Source: an uncultured archaeon
GTDB taxonomy: Archaea > Thermoproteota > EX4484-205 > JAAOZP01
Direction: 5' to 3'
Length of the DNA stretch: 64,000 bases
NCBI GenBank assembly: GCA_938045545.1
Contig: CALIBN010000029.1
Span: 1-64,000 of the forward strand
The position numbers were made by a program, and so were the translations under genes. The notes under the pieces are model-generated. The model worked only from the letters and a program-made list of their open reading frames with translations. It was not told where the DNA came from and searched no databases. The first letter of the stretch is position 1; the number at the start of each line of letters is the position of its first letter. Positions 39,323 through 48,704 of this stretch are shown here, piece by piece.

Positions 39323-39727
39323 TCACCATGATTCAACTATTAGGCCTGGAACCCTTTCAAAGTGATCCTTGTCGGCGGTCAATATGGGTTCGTTATGAGT
39401 TAAGGCTAGGCTCGCTATGATGGCATCAAGGTCGCCGATCGGCGTTCCCGCGCGTTCAAGATCATTTACAAGCTTCCCATATCTTTCACAGGAGCCAATT
39501 GAGAAATCCAACATTTCTAGTAGCGCAAGCATGTCCCTGACTTTTCTAACCTCTGCATCTCTCTTCCTAGACCTGTAAGCCCCTTTAAACAATTCACACG
39601 CTGTTATGGGAGTAGTGGACAGCCTTGTCCCGCTATCTACATATTCCTCAAGCTTCCTCTCCGCCCTTGGATCGCGTCTTAAAAGGGCGATTATGAAACT
39701 CGTGTCCAAGCAAACCATTGGATACAC
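39323..39727 (-). CDS. vapC: VapC PIN-domain toxin
   Basis: LDTSF, EL..G, DAIIA, LTADKDHF. Confidence 0.9.
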   Translation of the reverse strand: MYPMVCLDTSFIIALLRRDPRAERKLEEYVDSGTRLSTTPITACELFKGAYRSRKRDAEVRKVRDMLALLEMLDFSIGSCERYGKLVNDLERAGTPIGDLDAIIASLALTHNEPILTADKDHFERVPGLIVESW

Positions 39728-39958
39728 CTACAATCCGGGTGTTCTTAATCTGACTCTCCTCCTCTCCTTGACCACATCCTCCATTATCTCGGCGAACTCC
39801 TCGTCAGGCTCAAGCGACCTAATGTAATCTAAGAGGGTGCTCTTCGTCCTCCTCTTAGCTAGCCTTAGTATCACGTCAGTGAACGATTCTTTGCCACGTT
39901 TAAGACTGGCCAATGCTCTGTATGCCTCCTCTGAGATCGTGATAGTCTTATGTCCCAC
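39728..39958 (-). CDS. vapB: VapB-type antitoxin
   Basis: KTITISEEAY..L...K...ESFTDVILRL; abuts vapC. Confidence 0.88.
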   Translation of the reverse strand: MGHKTITISEEAYRALASLKRGKESFTDVILRLAKRRTKSTLLDYIRSLEPDEEFAEIMEDVVKERRRVRLRTPGL

Positions 39959-40025
39959 ACAAATGCATACACATACGTGTATTTAAATTTTATTCCTTAG
40001 ACAACTACTCATAAACCACTACCAC

Positions 40026-40039
40026 TTAGCGCGCGCTAA
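40026..40039. repeat. Perfect 14-bp palindrome TTAGCGCGCGCTAA (double copy of a recurrent intergenic motif)
   Basis: Read directly; half-sites recur at other intergenic positions (see findings). Confidence 0.85.
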
Positions 40040-40112
40040 CATGTCTCGCTTTCCCTCACTGTAGTTCCACTTTCACGTAAGTTTTAAAAGGTTTTATGTT
40101 AAAGTTCCATAG

Positions 40113-41051
40113 ATGCTTCCGGCGAACGTCAAGACTTTACTCGAAAAGCAGCAGTACCGGATCATCGGCAGGCACTCCGCAGTCAAGATATGTTATTGGA
40201 CAAAGGAAAGGCTAACGCACGGGAGGGCTTGCTATAAGGAGCTATGGTACGGCAACGTACAAAGTCATAGATGTATGCAGATGACCCCTCTGCTTGGTTG
40301 TAACTATCGTTGTACCTACTGTTGGCGGCTCCATTCCGGGGACAGGCCCGGTTATGTTTGGCAGGAGTATCCTGCTAGTGTTTCTGAGCTGGATGAGCCG
40401 GCTTATATAGTTGAAGAAGCCGTTAGGATGAGGAGGCTCCTACTCATAGGTTATAAGGCAAACCCAATGGTCGACCCCAAGCTCTTCGAGGAAGCCCTTA
40501 AACCATCCATGGTGACTTTCAGCCTGACGGGTGAGCCGACACTATACCCTAGGCTGGGCGAGCTGATAGGCGAGGCCCGCAAAAGGGGCATGGTGACCTA
40601 TCTTGTGACTAACGGCAGCATGCCGGAGGTCTTGGAAAGCTTAAACCCGCTTCCGGACCAGCTTTACGTCAGCATCCAGGCTTCTAACGAGGCGGTTTTC
40701 AAAAGGGTTGCGAGACCATTGGTTAAAGATGCTTGGCGAAGGTTGTTAAGGTCGTTGGAGTTGCTACCCAGCTTTAAGGGTGTTAAACGCTTGCTTCGGA
40801 TAACAATGGTTAAGGGTGTTAACGATAGTGATGCAGATGGTTACGCTAGGCTGATAAGCGTCGCTAACCCTGATTATGTTGAAGTCAAGGCTTACGAGTG
40901 GGTTGGGGAAAGCCAGTCGAGGCTTCCTAAGGATGCAATGCCATGGATGAGCGACGTGGCTTCTTTTTCCGAGAAAATAGCCAAGTCGTCAGGATACTTG
41001 AAAAGGGGGGAGTTCGAGCCGAGTGGAGTAGTGCTGCTCTCCAAAACGTGA
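40113..41051 (+). CDS. taw1: 4-demethylwyosine synthase (radical SAM tRNA-modifying enzyme)
   Basis: HSAVKIC.W, CYK, SHRCMQMTP, CNYRCTYCWR, SLTGEPTLYP, EVKAY. Confidence 0.92.
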   Translation: MLPANVKTLLEKQQYRIIGRHSAVKICYWTKERLTHGRACYKELWYGNVQSHRCMQMTPLLGCNYRCTYCWRLHSGDRPGYVWQEYPASVSELDEPAYIVEEAVRMRRLLLIGYKANPMVDPKLFEEALKPSMVTFSLTGEPTLYPRLGELIGEARKRGMVTYLVTNGSMPEVLESLNPLPDQLYVSIQASNEAVFKRVARPLVKDAWRRLLRSLELLPSFKGVKRLLRITMVKGVNDSDADGYARLISVANPDYVEVKAYEWVGESQSRLPKDAMPWMSDVASFSEKIAKSSGYLKRGEFEPSGVVLLSKT

Positions 41052-41053
41052 TT

Positions 41054-41125
41054 TATCACTCTCCACAACTGAAATCGGAGGCTTCCGGTTCGTCGCCCCT
41101 GGGTTTACATGAGGCTATGTTTAGC
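41054..41125 (-). mobile_element. Isolated, degenerate IS605-type right end (omegaRNA-like remnant)
   Basis: Minus strand GGGGCGACGAACCGGAAGCCTCCGATTTCAGTTGTGGAGAGTGATAA, sharing GGGCGACGAAC and the terminal hairpin with the copies ending at 10873 and 46836. Confidence 0.65.
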
Positions 41126-41453
41126 GGCTGCATTCCCAGCAGAACTCTCTGTCCACATTGGTCCAGAAACTCTTGCCGCATTTCTTACATACGACCTTCC
41201 TCAAACCTTTTGACCAAGATCTCTCAGTTTTTCTGAAACCCTGGTGTCGCGGAAACTCTATTGCCTTCTTAGGGCAAAGCAGCATGCATGCTACACAGCC
41301 CTCGACACAGTTCTGCGGATTTGCCACCATCGCCTTATTGTCCACTAGTGTGAAAACATTGTGGGGGCAGAACTCTATGCATTTCGGCCTATCTAGCTCC
41401 CGACAACCGTCGCAACGATCTGGGTAAACAGTGGGGTACCAGGTTATGGTCAT
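41121..41453 (-). CDS. 2x[4Fe-4S] ferredoxin-like protein with C-terminal Zn ribbon
   Basis: CDGC.....CIEFCP, CVEGCVAC...CP, CKKC...CWEC; start taken at MTITWY. Confidence 0.8.
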   Translation of the reverse strand: MTITWYPTVYPDRCDGCRELDRPKCIEFCPHNVFTLVDNKAMVANPQNCVEGCVACMLLCPKKAIEFPRHQGFRKTERSWSKGLRKVVCKKCGKSFWTNVDREFCWECSR

Positions 41454-41491
41454 CGGTAATTGGTCGACGCTTTCGCTTAAAAATTTTATAC

Positions 41492-44400
41492 CTATTTCTC
41501 CTTCCTGCTGTACGTCCACCGCTCTGAAACAGTGATCTTCAAAAGTTCGTCACGCAGCTCGTAAAGCATTGACTTCATCAACGCTTTATGCTCCACATAG
41601 GCATACGAGCTCCTCTCAATATTCTTAACAATCAACTCGACATTGTAGAAATCTCTGTCAGGAACATATTTAATCTCTACATCGTAATCCGCTATCCTTT
41701 CAGAAAGGCCAGAAACCGCCTTATAGCTTAAGTTCAATTTCACCCCATCCTCCCCTTTTCCATGCGAGTGGATTATAATGCCGTAGAGAGAGTAGGAATG
41801 GGATTGCGCCATATCTATGATGAGCGAGGAGAACTGCTCCAAATGCTCCTTCTTCAGCCGAATAGGGGTTGACGCTCTTTTAGAACCATCCTTCTCTGTT
41901 TTAATGTCAATTCCTCCTCTGACCAGCATTATTTTACTCGGGACTATTTTAAGAATGGCTTCTTTCGCGGGGAATGCTGAGCCGATGCCCGTAACCAGAA
42001 TGGCGATTATGAAAACCAGGAGCAGTGGTGTTAGGCTGTAGAGCTCCGTAAATATTTCCGGGCTGCTAGCGCCTATCGAATACGCCCAAGCATAGCCTAG
42101 AACATACCCTAAGCAGCCTCCCATCACCCCTATTATCAAGCCTTCGGTCAAAAATAAGTGGGTTATGAAGCTTGGAGATGCTCCCAAGCTGGACATTATT
42201 ACTGACTCCTTTCTCCGCTCATATATCGAGTTTAGCATCGCGTTTAGAATGATGAGAGAACCTATCAGTATCATCATGAGAACAGACTCCCAGCTGCCTA
42301 AAGCCATTAGGAGCGGTGCTCCAAGCTGAATGGTCTCAAGCTGTAAGCCTTTATTTATGGTTGCTGAATAAGAGGAGACAACGTCGATAGAGATGCCTGA
42401 TCCTCCGGTTGTTATGGCGCGGCTGAGCCAGTTTTTATGGGATGAGACTAGGGTCTTTAAATAGTTCTCTATTGCAACCAAGTTGGCAACAGGATAAGTC
42501 GCGATCACGGCTACGACTCGTTTAAAAGCAGGAAGGTTTCTCACAGCCTCAATATCTACCAATCCGACCACTGGGCTTGATATAATAAGCATCCTATTCC
42601 CCTCCGTCAAAAGGTTATCTTTTGTTAATCTGGATGGAGTTTGTACAGCATCCCAGTTAAGTGCTCCTATGAAGATCGGTCTGCTCCAAAGATAACTCTC
42701 CAACTCTTCTCCGCTTGGCATTTGTAGAGTAGATTTGTCGAATACTCCTGTGACATTCAAGTTTAAACCCATCACATTTAACTGGCTTGGAAAATACTGT
42801 TTTTGGAAAGACTCCTTGTCAATTAGAATACCGTTTTTAAAATCTCCTGAAAAGTTTAATCCCAGATGATTTTTCATAAAGGTGAGGTTTGCAAATATTA
42901 TTAAGCCTCCTAGCTCTTGGCTATCCGACTCCACCGGGATGGTGATGTTTAATCCTCCCGGCCCGGTTAGGTTTAACTGGCTCGAGGAAGATCCTGTTTG
43001 CAAAAACTCTAGTTCGCAGAAAGCTATGCAGATTGGCGTGTATTCCGCCATCCCAAGTTTCTCTGCGTAGAAAGCAGCCTCTTCAAGGCTCATTAAAAAC
43101 AGACCGTTGTACTTTTCTTCAAAAGTGCCTGCAGGAGTTGATATCACTACTCTTGCCAGCCAGGATTTTGAGAAAAAGATTGCTCCCTCTTCATCCCGGG
43201 TTTCTTGAATCGAGATGGCGAGTGGCACGACGGTTTTCAGAGTTATGGCTGGGACAGTTGCCATCGCTATTGTAGTAACGGTAAGTATTACTAGTGCGCC
43301 TCTAAGCCTTCTACTTTTAAGCATTCTAACCGCGGTTGATGCGGCTAGGCTGTAAATCGTGGCTGTTCCAGAGTACTTGAACATCAGCCGTGCTGTCAAA
43401 AGTAAAAGGATAATGCTTACGAGGGCTGAGGCGACTGGAAGCAGTAGGAATGGTATTCCGTGTGTGAAGTTCGATATGGACCAGAGATTTATCAATGGTT
43501 TCGGTTTCGTTGAGAAGAGTATTAGTCTTAAACCCGGATGGAATTCGAAAGCCAACAGCGAGAAGAGCGTGAAGAGAATGATAGTCAGTTTCCCGCTTCC
43601 GTTAAATATTAGGTGTGAAACAACTGCTCCCGCTATCAGAATAATTGTCAGCACGATAGGGACAATTAGCATTCCTGATGATAAGACTAGCATGCCGATA
43701 CTGCTGCCAGCTTCACAGACAAGATTAATAGCTGCTTCAAGCGGGAAAATATTTTTGTTCTCCAGTTCCTCAATATCGGTTGGCTGAATATCGTTTAAAT
43801 ATGACCTTGCCTGTTGAAGCTTTGCAGATATGTCTGGAGCATAAATCCTTGTTTCACTCAGAAACTCGCTGGCAGCTTTAATCAGGCTGTCGGTCGAGTT
43901 GAAAAGTGCTATGTAGATTTCTGGGCCGATTCTAAGGTTTTCCTCACGTAGGTTCAGGTCCATTTCAAACGGAAAGGTTAGCCGTGTCGGAGTGGATTCA
44001 AGTGTGTGAAGTTCAACCAAGTATCTGCCTGAAAGCTTTAAGCTATCCATGTTACTACGTGCTATTAGAAAGAGGCTTCCATTCCCAAAATAACTTATGT
44101 GAGTACCTGCATACTCGTCGAATACGATTCTAGCATTAAGCCTTTGAAAAGGCGACACATCAACAATATAAAGGTTCGCTAGGCCGGCCCTTAAAACTAG
44201 GTTGATGCTGATTATCCTACCCGTATTATTCACCCTGTACCATAATGTGGAATCGACATCGGGTTCCAGTCTATACGTGCTACTCAAGCCAAGCTGATCA
44301 ATATAGTAAATATAGTTCTTGCCATCAAACTTTACGTTCCAATTCCGAACCGTCCCATAGTAATCCGTCAAAACCGCTAACCTGTTTAACTGGAGACAAG

Positions 44401-44707
44401 AATCAGTATACAGCCGGATGGCATTAATCAGATAACGCTGATACTGCTGTATGCGTGAATCCAAACTTATTTCCTGTTGTTGAGTTACGCTGCCTGATTG
44501 ATTCGTGCTCCATGAAAAACGAAATAACCCTATCCACATTGTGAAATTAACAGGTTTTTGCGGGGCTTGGTCGAAAAACACCTCGGTGTTTAGAACAACC
44601 GTGTAATTCACGTAGCTTACTTGAGCTGAAAGAGGCCTTTCAGAAATAAATATAATGACAGCGAGTAAGAGACTTAGAAGAGTTGTTAGCAGTTGCCGTT
44701 TAACCAT
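41492..44707 (-). CDS. Large multi-pass membrane protein with FtsX/MacB-type permease domain
   Basis: Signal peptide, extracellular domain, TM bundle, RRLRGALVILTV, SIYERRKESVIMSSLGASP...EGLIIG FtsX motif. Confidence 0.8.
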   Translation of the reverse strand: MVKRQLLTTLLSLLLAVIIFISERPLSAQVSYVNYTVVLNTEVFFDQAPQKPVNFTMWIGLFRFSWSTNQSGSVTQQQEISLDSRIQQYQRYLINAIRLYTDSCLQLNRLAVLTDYYGTVRNWNVKFDGKNYIYYIDQLGLSSTYRLEPDVDSTLWYRVNNTGRIISINLVLRAGLANLYIVDVSPFQRLNARIVFDEYAGTHISYFGNGSLFLIARSNMDSLKLSGRYLVELHTLESTPTRLTFPFEMDLNLREENLRIGPEIYIALFNSTDSLIKAASEFLSETRIYAPDISAKLQQARSYLNDIQPTDIEELENKNIFPLEAAINLVCEAGSSIGMLVLSSGMLIVPIVLTIILIAGAVVSHLIFNGSGKLTIILFTLFSLLAFEFHPGLRLILFSTKPKPLINLWSISNFTHGIPFLLLPVASALVSIILLLLTARLMFKYSGTATIYSLAASTAVRMLKSRRLRGALVILTVTTIAMATVPAITLKTVVPLAISIQETRDEEGAIFFSKSWLARVVISTPAGTFEEKYNGLFLMSLEEAAFYAEKLGMAEYTPICIAFCELEFLQTGSSSSQLNLTGPGGLNITIPVESDSQELGGLIIFANLTFMKNHLGLNFSGDFKNGILIDKESFQKQYFPSQLNVMGLNLNVTGVFDKSTLQMPSGEELESYLWSRPIFIGALNWDAVQTPSRLTKDNLLTEGNRMLIISSPVVGLVDIEAVRNLPAFKRVVAVIATYPVANLVAIENYLKTLVSSHKNWLSRAITTGGSGISIDVVSSYSATINKGLQLETIQLGAPLLMALGSWESVLMMILIGSLIILNAMLNSIYERRKESVIMSSLGASPSFITHLFLTEGLIIGVMGGCLGYVLGYAWAYSIGASSPEIFTELYSLTPLLLVFIIAILVTGIGSAFPAKEAILKIVPSKIMLVRGGIDIKTEKDGSKRASTPIRLKKEHLEQFSSLIIDMAQSHSYSLYGIIIHSHGKGEDGVKLNLSYKAVSGLSERIADYDVEIKYVPDRDFYNVELIVKNIERSSYAYVEHKALMKSMLYELRDELLKITVSERWTYSRKEK

Positions 44708-44865
44708 CTGGAAATTGCTATTAACGCGCGTCTCTTATAAGTTTTAAGAAGTCTTTGAAAATAGACTCAGCTTCAAAGCGTGCATCACAAGCATCCTTGG
44801 TCTCAATAAAGATTTTTAAAAAATTGGAAATTGTTTAAAAACAATAAGTTTTGAGGGAACAGGGC

Positions 44866-44982
44866 CTACTTGAAGCAGAGCCTTACGTGACGGTACTCCC
44901 TAGCGGGAAGGTCTGCGCGAAGATCCTTCGCAACCTCCTCCCAGTCAATCTTCTTCTCACCGTTCCTTTTCCTCCAAGCCAT
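44866..44982 (-). CDS. 38-aa peptide MAWRKRNGEKKIDWEEVAKDLRADLPAREYRHVRLCFK (not in ORF track)
   Basis: GGAGGTGA SD 7 nt upstream of ATG, TTTAAATA TATA box at 45020-45027, T-rich tract downstream. Confidence 0.7.
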   Translation of the reverse strand: MAWRKRNGEKKIDWEEVAKDLRADLPAREYRHVRLCFK

Positions 44983-45245
44983 CTTTCTTTCACCTCCAAT
45001 CATGCCAAGGAAGGGTGAATATTTAAAGCCGGCTCGCATATCAAGCTTACAACCCGTATACCAGCATAGTAATCACATTACGTGACTTCATTTCAGATTC
45101 TATGTGTCAGAAGTATGTTTTTCAAGCCGTTATTACTTATTGGCTGAATAAAGCTGGAAAGATGAATGGCTAGAGGCCAAGGAATAGCCAGGTTGAGTAC
45201 TCTGAAGTTATGCTTATATTATACTTAAACATCATTAAACGTTAA

Positions 45246-45962
45246 GTGATGGTTAAGCTGCTCGAATCCGTTTCGAAGATGATTGACCACTCGCTTCTCC
45301 ACCCTACTCTCACAGATGAGGATCTTAAGGCAGGATGCTTGGTGGCTAAAGAATATAATGTTGCAGCAGTATGCATTAAGCCCTACGCGGTTAGGCTTGC
45401 GAAAGAAATGCTTTCAGGGTCAACCGTGGCTGTTTGCACCGTTGTCGGTTTTCCGCATGGCGGTAGCACTACTGAAATAAAGGTGAAAGAAACTGAGAAG
45501 GCTTGCGAAGACGGTGCTACTGAAATAGATTTCGTCGTAAACATAGGGAAGGTTTTAAGCGGAGACTGGGATTATGTTTCGAGGGAGATTAAAGCGGTTA
45601 ACGATACTGCTGTTGAAAGAGGCGCTATTGTAAAAGTGATTTTTGAAAATGATTATCTCACGGATGATTACAAGATACAGTTGTGCCATGTTTGCAATAA
45701 GCATCGCGTAGCATTCGTTAAAACATCAACGGGATATGGTTTTGTTAGGCAACCCGACGGGACATACATGTATAGGGGTGCTGTCGACAGCGATATTATC
45801 CTGATGCGTAGAGAATGCATCCCGGAGATACAGATAAAGGCTGCTGGCCGCATCCGTACGCTTGACGACCTGCTAAGGCTTAAAGCGCTGGGCGCGACGA
45901 GAATAGGGACTTCCTCTACGGTAAAGATATTGGAAGAGGCGAGGAAAAGAGGTTACTGTTGA
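45246..45962 (+). CDS. deoC: Deoxyribose-phosphate aldolase
   Basis: IDHSLL.P, VGFPHG, EIDFV, FVKTSTG, IKAAG, RIGTS. Confidence 0.93.
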   Translation: MMVKLLESVSKMIDHSLLHPTLTDEDLKAGCLVAKEYNVAAVCIKPYAVRLAKEMLSGSTVAVCTVVGFPHGGSTTEIKVKETEKACEDGATEIDFVVNIGKVLSGDWDYVSREIKAVNDTAVERGAIVKVIFENDYLTDDYKIQLCHVCNKHRVAFVKTSTGYGFVRQPDGTYMYRGAVDSDIILMRRECIPEIQIKAAGRIRTLDDLLRLKALGATRIGTSSTVKILEEARKRGYC

Positions 45963-46057
45963 AAAGCGTTGTGAAAACGCTGAGGGCTTTCGGGCTTCCT
46001 TTTCATCCCGGCATGCTAGGCATAATTTTTTTAAAACAGGAACTGTCGAAATCCTTC

Positions 46058-46900
46058 GTGAAAATCAACTACCATATTCACACCACGTTTAGCGACGGCT
46101 CCTCCCGGATGTCGGATTACTGCGAGGCCGCGGCTCGCAAAGGCTTTGAGGAAATAGCTTTCACCGATCATTTAACTGTCTTCCCAGACGGTTCTTCATC
46201 GTCCAGCTCTTTAGACCGGCTTAGGCTTGAAAACTATGTTAAGGAGGCAAGAATGGTTTCCGAAAAGTATGGAGACAGGTTGACGGTGAGGCTGGGGCTG
46301 GAAGTTGATTATATCCCTGGAAACGAGAAGTTTTTAGAGGATATGTTGGGCAGTTACGACTTCGACTTTCTAATGGGCAGCGTGCACTTCGTTGGAGGAA
46401 TCTGCATTGATTCCCCCCGTCATAGGATGCTGATGGAAAAGGAAATAGGTAAGAATGGTTTCAACAAGTTTTACTCCGCCTATATGCGTCTAGTCGGTAA
46501 AGCCGTAGAAACAGGTCTTTTCAACGTCGTCGGTCACATCGACATAGTTAGGATATGGGGGTTCACTCCTAGCAATGGTTTTCTCGACGAGCAGAACGTG
46601 TTAAGACTTGTTAAACAGCATGGAATGTGTATTGAGGTTTCTTCAAGAGGGTTGAGGCAGCCCGTTAACTCAATATATCCTTCGCAGAGAATCATGAGGA
46701 AGGCCAGTGAACTAGAAATACCTTTGACAGTGGGTACTGATGCACATTCTGTTGAAGAAATAGACTATGCTTATGATTCTCTAATAAATTATGTAAAGGC
46801 ATTTGGCTATGATAGTGTAGCTGCCATAAGCAAGCTTGACATCCCCCACGCTAGGGGTTCCCGGTTCGTCGCCCTTGTGAGCTCATCCTACCGGGTTTAG
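46058..46900 (+). CDS. PHP-domain phosphatase (histidinol-phosphatase HisJ-like); C-terminus derived from the inserted IS end
   Basis: YHIHT..SDG, FTDH, GLEVD, GSVH, GHID, GTDAH; GTG start 46058. Confidence 0.85.
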   Translation: MKINYHIHTTFSDGSSRMSDYCEAAARKGFEEIAFTDHLTVFPDGSSSSSSLDRLRLENYVKEARMVSEKYGDRLTVRLGLEVDYIPGNEKFLEDMLGSYDFDFLMGSVHFVGGICIDSPRHRMLMEKEIGKNGFNKFYSAYMRLVGKAVETGLFNVVGHIDIVRIWGFTPSNGFLDEQNVLRLVKQHGMCIEVSSRGLRQPVNSIYPSQRIMRKASELEIPLTVGTDAHSVEEIDYAYDSLINYVKAFGYDSVAAISKLDIPHARGSRFVALVSSSYRV

Positions 46901-47947
46901 GGCTGTGTCAAGCCAGTCCCTGCCATACGCGTGTAGCGAATGGCCCGCTTCATTATGTTCATCGCTCTGTTATAGTCTGCGTTGCATGAGTAGTTGGCTT
47001 GGGCATTCGAAGAGGCTCCCTTTACGAATCCCCCTGCTTCCACATCTATGGCACAGCTTTGAAGTGTTCCTCTCATTCACTTTTATTACTTTGATTCCAA
47101 GCCGCCTCGCCTTGTACTCTATGAGCTTGCTGAGCTTGTAGTATGGAAATCCGTTTAGCTTCCTGTTGAATCTATTGTCCTTATCGCTCTCCCTGATCCC
47201 CTTCAAGTCTCCAAGCGCGATCATCGCATCGGTCTCCAATGCTTCGTTCACTTTCTCCCTGCTTATCTTATGCAAGATGTTGTTTATATCCTCGCTCCCT
47301 ATCTCCGATCTTCTTTATTACCTCCATACGCTTTCTTCATTGCAAGACTCCTCCTCAAGTAGAAGAAGTGTCCCTTGACCCTCCTCAGCTCTCTGCCGTA
47401 GAACTTCGGGATCGGGTTGCTGGAGTTGACCGTTGTAGCGATCCACCTTATTCTCATGTCGATAGCTAAGATGTTCCTCGAAGTCCTCTCCCTGTCTCCT
47501 TTCTCAACGCGATGTGAATGAGCCACTCGTTATCCTTACGGATCACCTTGGCCTGCTTAGTCTACACAGGGCATCTTGAGCAGATAGGGGCTTTGCCCTG
47601 TGTAGACCCTGTAAGTATCGTTCCTCAAGAGCAGCGGGTATTCCCTCTTCTTTAGCCTCCTTGGAGGCTTTCGGCAGTTTGTTTGGTAGCGGAGTATAGC
47701 TGAACGTTTTTCTCGCCCCGCAGGTATCGTTGGAAATCCTTGTATTCACGCTCGAGAAGCTCTCTTTCTTTTTCGCTCAGCTTCAGGGCCTTCGCCTTTA
47801 TCGTCTTCCTAGCTATAATATTATTCCGGAGAAGACATCCTGACATCACCTCCCAGAAGCTTGGAGCGATAGCCCTGGCTAGCGCTAGCTAGAATCCTCA
47901 GAATCCACTCATGGCCCATGCCCGATTAAAGGCGGGCTTCAGCCACT
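46836..47947 (-). mobile_element. IS200/IS605-family (IS1341-like) element carrying a tnpB pseudogene
   Basis: Right end ...GGGCGACGAACCGGGAACCCCTAGCGTGGGGGATGTCAA at 46836; left-end-like hairpin GGCTGAAGCCCGCCTTTAATCGGGGCATGGGCC near 47913-47945; left boundary uncertain. Confidence 0.8.
46897..47849 (-). pseudogene. tnpB: TnpB RNA-guided nuclease, frameshifted into at least 3 pieces
   Basis: RKTIKAK..LYSATKQ.A N-terminus, ILAIDMR (RuvC-I), IALGDL, IEYKA, NERNTSKLCHRCG Zn finger, NADYNRAMNI (RuvC-III). Confidence 0.88.
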
Positions 47948-47959
47948 ACAAAGCAGATT

Positions 47960-48082
47960 AAGACGCTTGCTCTAAAACTCCCTGTTTCACGCTCCTCCGT
48001 AGCTCCCAATTATGTTAACAAATGGGCAGCATATAGACATTCCGGTGGCACTCGGATGACACATGGATGGAATACGGATGGT
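47960..48082 (-). repeat. Second copy of the structured core of the 10631-10873 mini-element
   Basis: + strand CTAAAACTCCCTGTTTCACGCTCCTCCGTAGCTCCCAA...ACTCGGATGACACATGG aligns with the reverse complement of 10700-10793 (CTAAAACTCCTCGTTTCGCGCTCCTCCGCAGCTCCCAA...ACTCGGATGAACATGG). Confidence 0.85.
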
Positions 48083-48314
48083 ACACAGTCGCCTTTATAT
48101 GGGGAAAAAGGATCTTAAGAGCTTCCGCTTAGCGCGCACTCTACACAGTTTAGGAGGGAGGAAGAGGATGAATCCGGCTGAGGCTAAAGAATAGGGGTTA
48201 ACCCTCCCATTCCTATCGTTCATGATTCCGCCTTCTTCAATCTTAAAAATGTCATCTCTAGATTATCATACGTCATTGGAAGCCCGGCTTTGTCTCTCAT
48301 GACAAAAAACGTGT

Positions 48315-48530
48315 CTAAGCAGGCTTAACCCTTAGGATATCCCTAAGCCTCTTAACATTCTCCTCGTGTCTAGACTTCCTCCTGAGGTCTACTGCTAATC
48401 CAAGCCTTCTAGCTTGATCAACAGTTAAGCCGGCCTCTTTTAATTCCCCTAGGGAAAACCCTCGTGCCTGCCTCCAGTATAGGACAATTCCCTTTCTCCT
48501 CTTAGCCAAAGGAATTGTTTTGCCATTCAT
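48315..48530 (-). CDS. rpl13e: 50S ribosomal protein L13e
   Basis: RGFSLGELKEAGL....ARRLGL.VD.RR.S...ENV. Confidence 0.92.
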   Translation of the reverse strand: MNGKTIPLAKRRKGIVLYWRQARGFSLGELKEAGLTVDQARRLGLAVDLRRKSRHEENVKRLRDILRVKPA

Positions 48531-48704
48531 CTCTCATCCCCGATGGTTTCACACTCCTTTAAAGGTTTAACTGCTCAGTTTCAGTTGGCAGTGGTCCAGA
48601 CCATGCTCCCCGCTATACAGTCACATAGTTGGGTCTCTCCATAGTTAAAGAATGAGGATTGACTAAGCTGCGCGCGCTATTAATGGATAAGCCGAGGCAA
48701 ATAG

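Noticed and set aside
40026-40110. Integron attC site (GCGCTAAC resembles an inverse core site)
   Set aside because: No matching downstream GTT core, no attC-like hairpin and no integrase in the window; kept only as an unexplained motif
48043-48086. GGATG repeated at 11-bp period as an operator array
   Set aside because: Falls within the duplicated IS-derived core, so it is better explained as part of that element
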